Position numbers and translations under genes: made by a program. A stretch of DNA of 64,000 nt from a phage. The stretch lies in sequence record PZ452579.1. One strand, written 5' to 3'. Below the pieces are notes generated by a model. It saw only the letters and a program-made list of their open reading frames with translations, ran no database searches and was not told the origin of the DNA. How positions within the stretch are numbered: the stretch's first letter is position 1; every line of letters begins with the position of its first letter. This document shows positions 10,150 to 18,714 of this stretch, in pieces.

Positions 10150-10518
10150 TTAATTAAATTTGTTTAAACGTTCAATACGCTGGACGTAGTTATTCGCGAT
10201 TTGTTTCTGGGTAGGCTCTTTACCAGTTGTTTCAACATAGCGAATGAATGCGATTTCAGTAGCCTGTAAGCAATGTTCTTTAACGCGCTGTTCTTTTGAC
10301 ATAGCTACAGTATCAGAATCACGATAACGTTGAGCATGAGCATCAGCTTGAATCATTCGATTACCTACAGTAACCGGGTCTTCCACTTCAACTTTAGGTT
10401 GTTCATATTGTTTAACATTCGGATTGTAAATCAGTTGGCCAACGTTATTAGGAATAAAGCCATGGGCACCACATCCGGTTAATCCAAATACCATTGCTAA
10501 AGCGATTAATTTTTTCAT
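10150..10518 (-). CDS. Putative lipoprotein
   Basis: 122 aa; signal peptide with lipobox LTGC. Confidence 0.55.
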   Translation of the reverse strand: MKKLIALAMVFGLTGCGAHGFIPNNVGQLIYNPNVKQYEQPKVEVEDPVTVGNRMIQADAHAQRYRDSDTVAMSKEQRVKEHCLQATEIAFIRYVETTGKEPTQKQIANNYVQRIERLNKFN

Positions 10519-10589
10519 TTCAATTTCCTCTGTAGTTGATAGAAAGATAGTAACACAGTATGCGGTGCTTGTAAACAGTTATTTTAAAA

Positions 10590-10778
10590 TTATCGAAAAT
10601 CTGCTTCGAAAACTTTCTCGTCATTAACAAATGCTTTAACTAATGCGTTGTTCACTTCAGCAAGTTGTACCGCAACCCACTCGATTTCTTCGCGATCACC
10701 TGATAACATGATATCTTTAGTGAACATATTATCATTTTTAAACCAGCCAATAAAAGTAACTTTAGTTAATTTGCTCAT
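10590..10778 (-). CDS. dmd: Dmd, discriminator of mRNA degradation (antitoxin against RnlA/LsoA)
   Basis: MSKLTKVTFIGWFKNDNMFTKDIM... resembles T4 Dmd (60 aa); start moved to homologous Met. Confidence 0.8.
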   Translation of the reverse strand: MSKLTKVTFIGWFKNDNMFTKDIMLSGDREEIEWVAVQLAEVNNALVKAFVNDEKVFEADFR

Positions 10779-11092
10779 ATTTCCTCGCAAAATGCCCATT
10801 CAGCGTGATAAACTGTAGCGCCTTTAGTATCATTCATTTGAACTACGTCTACCGGAGAAATTACTCGATAGAGACGTGGTTCACCTCCATAAGAGCGTGC
10901 TGCTCGTCCTGCATAAATCTTTGCTAAACCGATATCTTCAGTAAAGAATACACGATCCAAGTTTTTCTTACGTCCAGTTTCAGACAGAACTCCTGTTTCC
11001 TCAGGAGGACAAAGCATGTTTTCGATGTTAGCTGAACTACTTGAACCGTGATAAAAAATCTTAAATTCTGCTTTACAATCGATGGTTTTCAT
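10775..11092 (-). CDS. Hypothetical protein
   Basis: 105-aa ORF; early-promoter cassette immediately upstream. Confidence 0.5.
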   Translation of the reverse strand: MKTIDCKAEFKIFYHGSSSSANIENMLCPPEETGVLSETGRKKNLDRVFFTEDIGLAKIYAGRAARSYGGEPRLYRVISPVDVVQMNDTKGATVYHAEWAFCEEI

Positions 11093-11098
11093 TTTGTT

Positions 11099-11147
11099 CT
11101 CCAGTAGTTGATAGGTCTATAATAACACAACTACTGGAGAAGTAAAC
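11099..11147 (-). promoter_or_regulatory. Early-promoter/inverted-repeat cassette (PeSL-like)
   Basis: Minus strand GTTTAC (-35), 12-bp perfect inverted repeat CTCCAGTAGTTG / CAACTACTGGAG around TGTTATTATAGACCTAT; 36 bp identical to 52932..52968. Confidence 0.6.
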
Positions 11148-11522
11148 TTAAAAACGTAATTTAGATATATCTGCGTTGATTTCGTTTTGGTTTGCATCGT
11201 ATGCAATTAAACGAACCGCTTTAGATGGGTCATTCAATGCATAGAAATGATGGAACATTGCTCGAACGATATCACCATTTACGAGTTCTACTTGGATAGG
11301 AGAACCTTTTTCGAGTTGGAAATGTTCATAAGCTTTGATGGTTCGTAGATAATCAAGTTTTTGATTTCCGGCTCCAACTATTTGTACGATACGTTTGCCC
11401 ATGTTTTCCATACGAGATACAATAGTTTTAGGAGCAAGAATAACGTAGGTTGCCAGTGGAGAAACTACTTCAACAGTTGTGTTTTCGGTGATTGCAGTAA
11501 AAATTGCTTGAGACATATTCAT
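11148..11522 (-). CDS. Hypothetical protein
   Basis: 124-aa ORF. Confidence 0.5.
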   Translation of the reverse strand: MNMSQAIFTAITENTTVEVVSPLATYVILAPKTIVSRMENMGKRIVQIVGAGNQKLDYLRTIKAYEHFQLEKGSPIQVELVNGDIVRAMFHHFYALNDPSKAVRLIAYDANQNEINADISKLRF

Positions 11523-11588
11523 AATGTTTTCCTCTTGGTTGGTGTAAGTTCATCATATCATGCCTAGAGGAAGATGTAAACACCGAAA

Positions 11589-11610
11589 GGAGACCGAAGT
11601 CTCCTTTTTA
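11589..11610 (-). terminator. C(UUCG)G hairpin immediately 3' of gene 41 (possibly bidirectional)
   Basis: GGAGAC-CGAA-GTCTCC palindrome followed by T5 on plus strand; abuts gene 41 stop. Confidence 0.5.
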
Positions 11611-13053
11611 TTAAAATTTTAACTCATTGGCTAAGCTATCTAGGTCAGCACGTGTTGCTTTGGCTTTACCTACGCGTTCCGTACGATTCACCTCTGCCTG
11701 ACGCATCTGAGCACCTGCGTTTTCATTTACTGTGTTAGGTGTGTTCATGCCTTCTTGCTCAATCTCAATCCATTTCTGGTTGCCTTTACGTACACCCATC
11801 AGGAATTTATTCCACTTATTCTTATCGCCGTATCGTGATTTGATTTGTTTGATAAGTTGTTGTTCAGCTTGTGCAAGTTCTTCGGTTTCAATTACGGCCA
11901 ACATGAAATCTGCCGTTGCTGGTAAACCTGCTGATTCTGCAATATCACTCATGTTCATATCCGAAGCATCCCATGCTGCACGTCCTACTTGAGCTGCAGT
12001 CCATAGAACTGTTTCAGATTCTACTGCTAATGCACGAAGTTCTTCTGCGATAGCTTTAACTAATGTGTAGCTATTTTCAGTGTAAACTCTGATACGACAA
12101 GACCCACAAATACCTAAGTAATCAACCATGATTACAGATGGCACAAAGTTCTTCTTAAGTTTTAACTCATTAAGCAATGCACGAAATGTATTAGCATTAG
12201 CTCCACCAGTAGGATACTGTTTAACTACTAAACGTCCTAATGTTGTTTTTGAACGCCATTTTTCCATCTTGGCTTTATATTCAGCATAAGATACGTTACC
12301 ATCATCGATATCATCGAGCGATACGTCAAGCATGTTTGCATCTATACGCTTAGCACAAACTTCTTCAGCCATTTCCATAGAAATATAAAGAACGTTATGA
12401 CCTGTTTGAAGATAATCTGCAGCAAGTGAACAAAGGCCTAAAGATTTACCAACGTTAACACCGGCCATTAAAACATTCAGTGTACCGGTTTCAGCACCAC
12501 CTTTAGTGATTTTATTTAGAATGTTTAATTTGAACGGGACCTTACGTGCTTTGTTCAGATAAGAAAGCCAGCGTGCTTCATAGTCTTCCATCCAGTCGTG
12601 TCCAACATAACTATCGAACGAAATTGAAAGTGCTTGACGCATAATATCAGGAATAGCTCCTACATCAGGCATTTTCTTGTTACGTTGTTCTGGAGGTAGT
12701 TCAGCATTAGACTGAATCTCAATGATTTTGGATGTAGCATTATACATCGCTTTTTGCTGGACATATTTCTCAGTTTCTTTAACCAACCATTCGTGGTCTT
12801 CAGGAGTATCAGCCAATTTTTCAATTAGGTCTGAAGTTCCTTTATATTCGGCTTCAGTTAAAGAACTGTTATCTAAAGCCACCTTTAATGCATTGATAGA
12901 TGGCATTGCATTATATTCGTTAACGTGGCTCTTTATAATTTTAAAGACATTTTTTGCCGGTCCACGCTCAAAATACTCAGAATCCATATAAGGCCAGACC
13001 TTAGAAAAATAAGCCTGGTCATATACTAGATGAGACAAAATAATTTCTACCAC
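11611..13053 (-). CDS. 41: Replicative DNA helicase gp41
   Basis: 480 aa; MVEIILSHLVYDQAYFSKVWPYMDSEYFE... and Walker A GVNVGKS; matches T4 gp41. Confidence 0.95.
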   Translation of the reverse strand: MVEIILSHLVYDQAYFSKVWPYMDSEYFERGPAKNVFKIIKSHVNEYNAMPSINALKVALDNSSLTEAEYKGTSDLIEKLADTPEDHEWLVKETEKYVQQKAMYNATSKIIEIQSNAELPPEQRNKKMPDVGAIPDIMRQALSISFDSYVGHDWMEDYEARWLSYLNKARKVPFKLNILNKITKGGAETGTLNVLMAGVNVGKSLGLCSLAADYLQTGHNVLYISMEMAEEVCAKRIDANMLDVSLDDIDDGNVSYAEYKAKMEKWRSKTTLGRLVVKQYPTGGANANTFRALLNELKLKKNFVPSVIMVDYLGICGSCRIRVYTENSYTLVKAIAEELRALAVESETVLWTAAQVGRAAWDASDMNMSDIAESAGLPATADFMLAVIETEELAQAEQQLIKQIKSRYGDKNKWNKFLMGVRKGNQKWIEIEQEGMNTPNTVNENAGAQMRQAEVNRTERVGKAKATRADLDSLANELKF

Positions 13054-13062
13054 GATAACTCC

Positions 13063-13404
13063 TTAAAAGAATTTAAATTTTTTCTTGGTTCGTTCATTAA
13101 AAGCTTGTTGTACTTGCATTGTAACACATTTTTCAACATGTGGTGCAAGTTCTGCTTTTCTGTCCTGGTCAAGAACTGCAAAGTCCATTACGATTTTACC
13201 ATCAACCCAGTCTAGTTTTGTAATATAGACTATATGATGGGAACCGTCTTCAAGTGTAATCAGAATCTCTTGAATGACATTTTCCATTGCTGAACGGATA
13301 ATTTTAAGAGATTCATTAAACACTCGTTCTTTGCGAATGTCTTCCCCTTCCGAAGAAGGGGATTCATCAACGATTTCTAGATTTAAATCATCGAGATTAT
13401 TCAT
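13063..13404 (-). CDS. 40: gp40 head vertex assembly protein (by synteny)
   Basis: ORF between 41 and uvsX; track start is TTG at 13425, first ATG at 13404. Confidence 0.6.
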   Translation of the reverse strand: MNNLDDLNLEIVDESPSSEGEDIRKERVFNESLKIIRSAMENVIQEILITLEDGSHHIVYITKLDWVDGKIVMDFAVLDQDRKAELAPHVEKCVTMQVQQAFNERTKKKFKFF

Positions 13405-14569
13405 CGAAATCTTCCATTTCGTCAAGGTCGTTTTCTATATCTGCTGCAGACGGAGCATCAGAAGTTTTAACCGGAACTTTAGTTGTTGCTTTGCAATTAA
13501 TAAGGTCGTTAACAGCGTCATCAACTTCTTTAATAGAAGAGATAGCACCTAGTTTATATTTAGTTTCAATTGCATCTCGGAAAGGTTTGTGTTTAAACAA
13601 AGGTCCCCAGAATTCTACACAATCAGTAGCTTTAGCACGCCATGATTTTTCTTCACGAATCATTTCACCTGTTTCTTCGTCAAGGAATTCGCGAGCATAC
13701 CAACCGGCTTTAGGCTTAACTACAAAACCAATTTCAGTTGCCATTTCTAACAAGCCACTGAATGGGTCAATACCGCCATCAAAATTAACCGTGATCGGGA
13801 AAGTAGATTTCTCTTTAACTGTGCGAGATTTTTCTGCTTTCAACGTGAAGTCATAACCGGTCAATTCTGTACCTTCTTTAACCTGACGTTTAGAGATAAA
13901 AAATACCGTGTTGGCAGAATAAAGAATACCTGTACCACCGCCCATAATCTCTTTAGGATACAATCCGCCGATTTCCATTGCTGTATGGTTAATTGCAACA
14001 CACGGAATATCTTTAATAGTCAAATACGGGGTCACAATACGGAAAAGAGATTTAAGTGCCTTAGCACGAGACATATCACCTACGACTTTCTCGTTCAATG
14101 CATCTTCGGTTTCTTTCTTAGATGCAGTATTACCAATCGAGTCAATAAAGATAATAACTTTATCACCGCGTTCAATAGCGTCAAGCTGATTAGTCATATC
14201 AACTTTAAGTTGTTCGACAGATTGAATCGGAGTATGAACTACACGGTCTAAATCAACACCCATTGAACGAAAATAAGATTCTGAAGCACCGAATTCTGAG
14301 TCATAAAACAAACAGATTGCATCTTTATATTTCTTCATATACGCTGCAACCATAGTTAGTCCAAACAACGTTTTAAAGTGTTTAGAAGGAGCAGCAAAAA
14401 TAGTTAAGCCTGATTGCAACCCTGCATTCAGAGCACCACCTAGTGCAATATTCAACATCGGAATACGAGTAGGGACTTCATCACGATTATTAAACAGCTT
14501 AGACTTAGTCAAGTCTGCAGTCATTTTAGAAGTAGAAGCTTTAATCAGACGAGATTTTAAATCAGACAT
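13397..14569 (-). CDS. uvsX: UvsX recombinase (RecA-like)
   Basis: 390 aa; MSDLKSRLIKASTSKMTA... and RecA fold motifs; matches T4 UvsX. Confidence 0.95.
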   Translation of the reverse strand: MSDLKSRLIKASTSKMTADLTKSKLFNNRDEVPTRIPMLNIALGGALNAGLQSGLTIFAAPSKHFKTLFGLTMVAAYMKKYKDAICLFYDSEFGASESYFRSMGVDLDRVVHTPIQSVEQLKVDMTNQLDAIERGDKVIIFIDSIGNTASKKETEDALNEKVVGDMSRAKALKSLFRIVTPYLTIKDIPCVAINHTAMEIGGLYPKEIMGGGTGILYSANTVFFISKRQVKEGTELTGYDFTLKAEKSRTVKEKSTFPITVNFDGGIDPFSGLLEMATEIGFVVKPKAGWYAREFLDEETGEMIREEKSWRAKATDCVEFWGPLFKHKPFRDAIETKYKLGAISSIKEVDDAVNDLINCKATTKVPVKTSDAPSAADIENDLDEMEDFDE

Positions 14570-14667
14570 TGTATTTTTCCATAGGCATCATTATATTTTA
14601 CTCATGTTTAAAAGATAAGATGATTATATACTAAGGGTTATACAGCATTTAAAACTTTAAATGGCTC

Positions 14668-15216
14668 TTAACGAGCCCATTTGATGATTTCTGTAATCAA
14701 ATCATTACGTTCGCTTGCATTAAATCCTATAACTTTGTTAGCACCATCATGATTAAGTAATTGATACGTTTGGATTTTGTTATGAATTGCAAACTCTTCA
14801 AAATGTGAAATGACTGTATTAAAACCGAATGAAGACAAAGTAATAAGGTCGTCTTCAAAACTTTCAGTCATTTCGTTACGTGTTAAAATAATTGTGAACA
14901 CATCATGGTTTTGGCAAAGACGAATATAATCCTGTTCATAAACGTCAAGAACCGAGTCCGCATCTTGTCGAATACGTCCATAAACCCAGTTACTAATATA
15001 TCCACGGTCTAACAGATAAATCTTAGTAGGGTCTAAATAATTCAACATCGTTTCGAAACAGCCAACTTCGTTTCGAGACTTAACATCGAAACGTCCATCA
15101 ACTGTTCGTTTAGGGAAATCAATCTTTACATATCTTTCACTAATTTCCATTATGTCATTAATGAAAGTTGTTTTACCAGCATTATCCGGGCCATCTACTA
15201 AAATAATTTTAGCCAT
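14668..15216 (-). CDS. P-loop kinase (dNK/dNMP-kinase or small sugar-kinase-like)
   Basis: 182 aa; Walker A GPDNAGKTT and LLDRGY (DR motif); occupies part of T4 beta-glucosyltransferase slot. Confidence 0.6.
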   Translation of the reverse strand: MAKIILVDGPDNAGKTTFINDIMEISERYVKIDFPKRTVDGRFDVKSRNEVGCFETMLNYLDPTKIYLLDRGYISNWVYGRIRQDADSVLDVYEQDYIRLCQNHDVFTIILTRNEMTESFEDDLITLSSFGFNTVISHFEEFAIHNKIQTYQLLNHDGANKVIGFNASERNDLITEIIKWAR

Positions 15217-15217
15217 T

Positions 15218-16117
15218 TTATTCCTCGATTACGACATCTTCGTATTTAGGTATATTATACGGCGAAGAAATTAAAGCATTAAAGTAGATGAACTCACCAA
15301 GACCTGGATGGAATACTTCTTCAGGATTTTCGAAATATTGAATCTTCGGACGTCCTTTAAGAATTTGATAGTACTCAGTTTTAGTCGGTTTAAAAATTCG
15401 AATCAGCGCTTCTTCAGGATACTTATTTCTGTCGAAGCTATTATTTGGATCGGTTATATAAAGCGGTTGACCTAATTGAATTGCACATTCAACCACTTGT
15501 TCAAAACGATAGCATGGGTCACTAATTCGAAATGGATGAAAAATACCATCTAGATGAATAGGAGCCAAATCACCTACAAGACGCTGCATGATGGAAGGAC
15601 GTATAACTTTCTGGGTTATGATAATCTTATTACCATCGGCACCAGCGTTAACCAGCACTTCCTTTTGACGTTTATTCAACACAGTTGTTTGGATTGAACG
15701 ATTAACCGACAACATGTCGGTTTTTAAGAATTCGTCAATATAAAAACGTGGTTTATTAGGGTCTGCGGTGATATTGAAATTGAATTCTACATCAAAAGCG
15801 CCGTCATATCCAGTGATATCTGTGATTAGAAAATCACAATCATAATAAGCAATTAATGAATCAACCACAAATTCATTTTCAGACCAGAAATATTTACGAG
15901 TGTTATACGCGTTATCTTTATACCATAATGGAACAAACTTAAATTCTGGGAAAAGACGTTCACATTCTTTAATATCAGATGCATTACGTGGATATGTAAT
16001 CACATCACCTGGATTAGCACGGTGCAAATGAAGTTGGAAGTTGCCATCCTTAAGGATAGCATACTGTCCAGTTTCATAAGACCGCATACTCAAGATAGGT
16101 ACGCGGAAAATAGCCAT
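15218..16117 (-). CDS. Hypothetical protein at bgt locus (candidate hmC sugar transferase)
   Basis: 299-aa ORF, tightly coupled to flanking genes; no recognisable motif; function inferred only from position. Confidence 0.5.
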   Translation of the reverse strand: MAIFRVPILSMRSYETGQYAILKDGNFQLHLHRANPGDVITYPRNASDIKECERLFPEFKFVPLWYKDNAYNTRKYFWSENEFVVDSLIAYYDCDFLITDITGYDGAFDVEFNFNITADPNKPRFYIDEFLKTDMLSVNRSIQTTVLNKRQKEVLVNAGADGNKIIITQKVIRPSIMQRLVGDLAPIHLDGIFHPFRISDPCYRFEQVVECAIQLGQPLYITDPNNSFDRNKYPEEALIRIFKPTKTEYYQILKGRPKIQYFENPEEVFHPGLGEFIYFNALISSPYNIPKYEDVVIEE

Positions 16118-16833
16118 TAGTCAAGGAATCCTTTAACATAATCAAAATCACGTTCAAACACATGGGCACTTACCATGGTATGAGTATAATCACCAACTTC
16201 TACACCACATTCGTTAGCGATATAATGAAGTAATTTTCCTTGGAGATAAAAATCCAACTGCATAACAACAGCACAGTTCTGAGAACGCATATGACAGTGG
16301 GTATAAAGCTTACCATCGCGAATATAATAAGTCACTGAGTCAGTACATGGATATTCAAGTGTTTCGTCCGAATCAAGCAAAGCCTGATCAGAACTTTCTA
16401 GAATTTGGAACACAACTCTTCGAGAGTTAGGCTTCTCTTTAAGTTCTTTTAGAAGAGCTGGTAATTGGGCTGCAATGCGAGGACCATAGAAAGTGTTGAA
16501 GTTCGCAGGCAAAGCATCTGATTTTGGTTTAGAAATAAATTTAGCGACATTAGGATATGCCTTAAACGCTTCTTCTGCATCAGTACCACCAGAAATCATA
16601 AATTTCCAGAAGTCTTCGGCATATTCATAAGAGATGCGGTTAATACGTGGGTCGGTCATTTTGAATGATGATGGAGTGTCAACAACTACTGTCATAGACC
16701 CAATTTCATTACAACGTCCAATACGAGAATCAGTTACGAATTCCGGGTTTTCTAAAATTTCACGATTGACTGCTTTAAATGCGGCTTGAAAATCTGCGGC
16801 TTTGATATATTTCATTGTGTTATGTTTTCCCAT
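16117..16833 (-). CDS. 42: Thymidylate-synthase-fold pyrimidine hydroxymethylase (gene 42-like dCMP hydroxymethylase)
   Basis: 238 aa; catalytic Cys in YPCTDS, RSQN...QLDFY segment alignable to T4 gp42 RSND...FRNDYA with Asp retained at the cytosine-specificity position; divergent from T4. Confidence 0.75.
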   Translation of the reverse strand: MGKHNTMKYIKAADFQAAFKAVNREILENPEFVTDSRIGRCNEIGSMTVVVDTPSSFKMTDPRINRISYEYAEDFWKFMISGGTDAEEAFKAYPNVAKFISKPKSDALPANFNTFYGPRIAAQLPALLKELKEKPNSRRVVFQILESSDQALLDSDETLEYPCTDSVTYYIRDGKLYTHCHMRSQNCAVVMQLDFYLQGKLLHYIANECGVEVGDYTHTMVSAHVFERDFDYVKGFLD

Positions 16834-16874
16834 GTTTACCTCAATACAGTTATTATATACTCAATTCATAAAGC

Positions 16875-17114
16875 TTATTTGAATTTCTTGGCAATGTTGA
16901 TATAACGTAAAGCTTCAGCATCGATACTTCCAAGAACACTATGAAGAAATGCATCAGCGTAATATTCTAGTTGAACAGGTTCTTTAATCACTTTAGCCGC
17001 TTTGGTTTCAAACAGGCCCATAAGGGCCTTTTTAAGAATTTGTTCGTTAGTGTTCAGTTTCATAGTCAAAATCTCTTCATTAAGTTGGTGGTTAAAAGTT
17101 TTTCTAGAAATCAT
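16875..17114 (-). CDS. Hypothetical soluble protein (imm position, not Imm-like)
   Basis: 79 aa, no TM segment. Confidence 0.45.
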   Translation of the reverse strand: MISRKTFNHQLNEEILTMKLNTNEQILKKALMGLFETKAAKVIKEPVQLEYYADAFLHSVLGSIDAEALRYINIAKKFK

Positions 17115-18271
17115 TCTGGGTACCTCAAAGCGTCGTCAGAGTTAGTTATATCAATAATAGATATAGAATTTTCTGATAACCCGTTTTTAGATAACTGACG
17201 TTTATAATATCTTTCACAATATGTACACGTCGTCCCGCAGATTTCATTAGCACAATCGAAATCTGGATGTCTGAACCACCTTTTTTCTAAAAAGCCATCT
17301 AACAAAGAGGTTTCAATATTTACTGTATGTGAAAACTCGGTCTCATTTTCAAGAGTGAAAATAGTCTCTAAAGGCTTCCACAGTTCTAACAAATTACCTT
17401 CAAACTTTTCAGAAGCGTATGCTTCAAGAACTTTCAAAATGTAGTCTGTGCTACCTGTACGTCCTGAAACTTTGAATTGAGTGATACCGATATCATTATA
17501 AAGTTTCAAATCTTGAGGACGAACAAAACGAGTTCTCAACCAGTTAAATGGGTCTGTATCACGAGCTTTAATACAGTGCTGCATTGGATATCCGTTTAAG
17601 GATTTAGCATCATCAGCTGTAACATCAGTACTATGGAAAATATAGCAAGAGTCACGATAGCTACAATGTGTTGTATACCCTTTACCAGCATTAGAACAGA
17701 ACTCATTTACAAGAACTTCAAATATTATATTGTTCTTATTGCAAAACTCTGCTGCACGCTTCAGGAAAGAAACTGAACGGTTCTTATGAATTCCGCAACA
17801 GACCTTTTTGATATTATATTGGTCATGCAAGTATTTGATTTGAGTTACAGCATCGACATGTAGAATTGTTGAAACTTCAATCTCAATGTCTTTATTGACT
17901 TCACGAACAATTTCCATAACAACAGGGTTAGCGATAGTAATACGCCATACGCCTATTGACCAAAGATACTGAACATAATCCTGAATAGCTTTCTTCTTCC
18001 ACTCAACTAGTTCTCTTTTTGAACCAGGATTTATCGTGTTGAGCGTATAGTTAAAGCAAATACCTAATTCGTTACAACGTTTAACGTAATCTTCTAACAT
18101 CTTTTTGTCAACGTCAGGAAGCCTAAAATCAGGTCTGGCTGCTACAAAAGCCATTTCTCTTGTAGAGCCGTATACTTCGTTTATCAAGCTATTAGGATAA
18201 GTTTTATTGAGCTCTACGATTTTATCAAGAAGAGCTAAATCAAAATTCGTTCCGATTTTAAAAGTATTCAT
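17111..18271 (-). CDS. Hypothetical Cys-rich protein within sugar cassette (candidate transferase)
   Basis: About 386 aa from MNTFKIG...; C-terminal CANEICGTTCTYC cluster; no confident family. Confidence 0.5.
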   Translation of the reverse strand: MNTFKIGTNFDLALLDKIVELNKTYPNSLINEVYGSTREMAFVAARPDFRLPDVDKKMLEDYVKRCNELGICFNYTLNTINPGSKRELVEWKKKAIQDYVQYLWSIGVWRITIANPVVMEIVREVNKDIEIEVSTILHVDAVTQIKYLHDQYNIKKVCCGIHKNRSVSFLKRAAEFCNKNNIIFEVLVNEFCSNAGKGYTTHCSYRDSCYIFHSTDVTADDAKSLNGYPMQHCIKARDTDPFNWLRTRFVRPQDLKLYNDIGITQFKVSGRTGSTDYILKVLEAYASEKFEGNLLELWKPLETIFTLENETEFSHTVNIETSLLDGFLEKRWFRHPDFDCANEICGTTCTYCERYYKRQLSKNGLSENSISIIDITNSDDALRYPE

Positions 18272-18327
18272 TTTTTTGCATCTCACGTTAATTGATGCGA
18301 TGGTTTTTGCAGGTCTTACTTAAATTA

Positions 18328-18714
18328 TTATAGATTCGGTTTATATGATTTAAATGTTTCGAATTCGCCTTTATTCATAAGAGCTTTGAATTCGTCAGGA
18401 CGCATAGCTTTGTCGTCGATAATCCAATCATATACTGGTTTATGTGTTAGCAAATTATGGTACTTTAAGCCAATGTTTGCCAAGTTCTGGATCAGACTTG
18501 GGAGAATGTCAATTGCTATACGACCAGGACCTACTGACTTCATACCGCGAGCAGTGTAAAGCGTTATGGTATGCCCTGCATCATACAGGGCATTAATGGC
18601 AGACACCATTTCGACGTCTGGTTTGAAGTTCACGTAATCACGATTGTTATTCCACTCTGTTATACAATCATCGACATCAAAACAAAGATTAAGCATGTTT
18701 TCTACACGGTGCAT
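18328..18714 (-). CDS. HAD-superfamily phosphatase (small, C0-type)
   Basis: FDVDDCIT (motif I), YTARG (motif II), KP...IIDDK (motifs III/IV); start ATG shares a base with upstream stop (TAATG). Confidence 0.7.
   Translation of the reverse strand: MHRVENMLNLCFDVDDCITEWNNNRDYVNFKPDVEMVSAINALYDAGHTITLYTARGMKSVGPGRIAIDILPSLIQNLANIGLKYHNLLTHKPVYDWIIDDKAMRPDEFKALMNKGEFETFKSYKPNL

Noticed and set aside
16875-17114. Possible Imm (immunity/superinfection exclusion) gene at the T4 imm position
   Set aside because: The 79-aa product has no transmembrane segments, unlike T4 Imm; not called as imm
17111-18271. Radical SAM enzyme assignment for the 391-aa Cys-rich protein
   Set aside because: The Cys cluster spacing (C-x4-C-x3-C-x2-C) does not match the CxxxCxxC radical SAM signature and no glycine-rich SAM motif was seen
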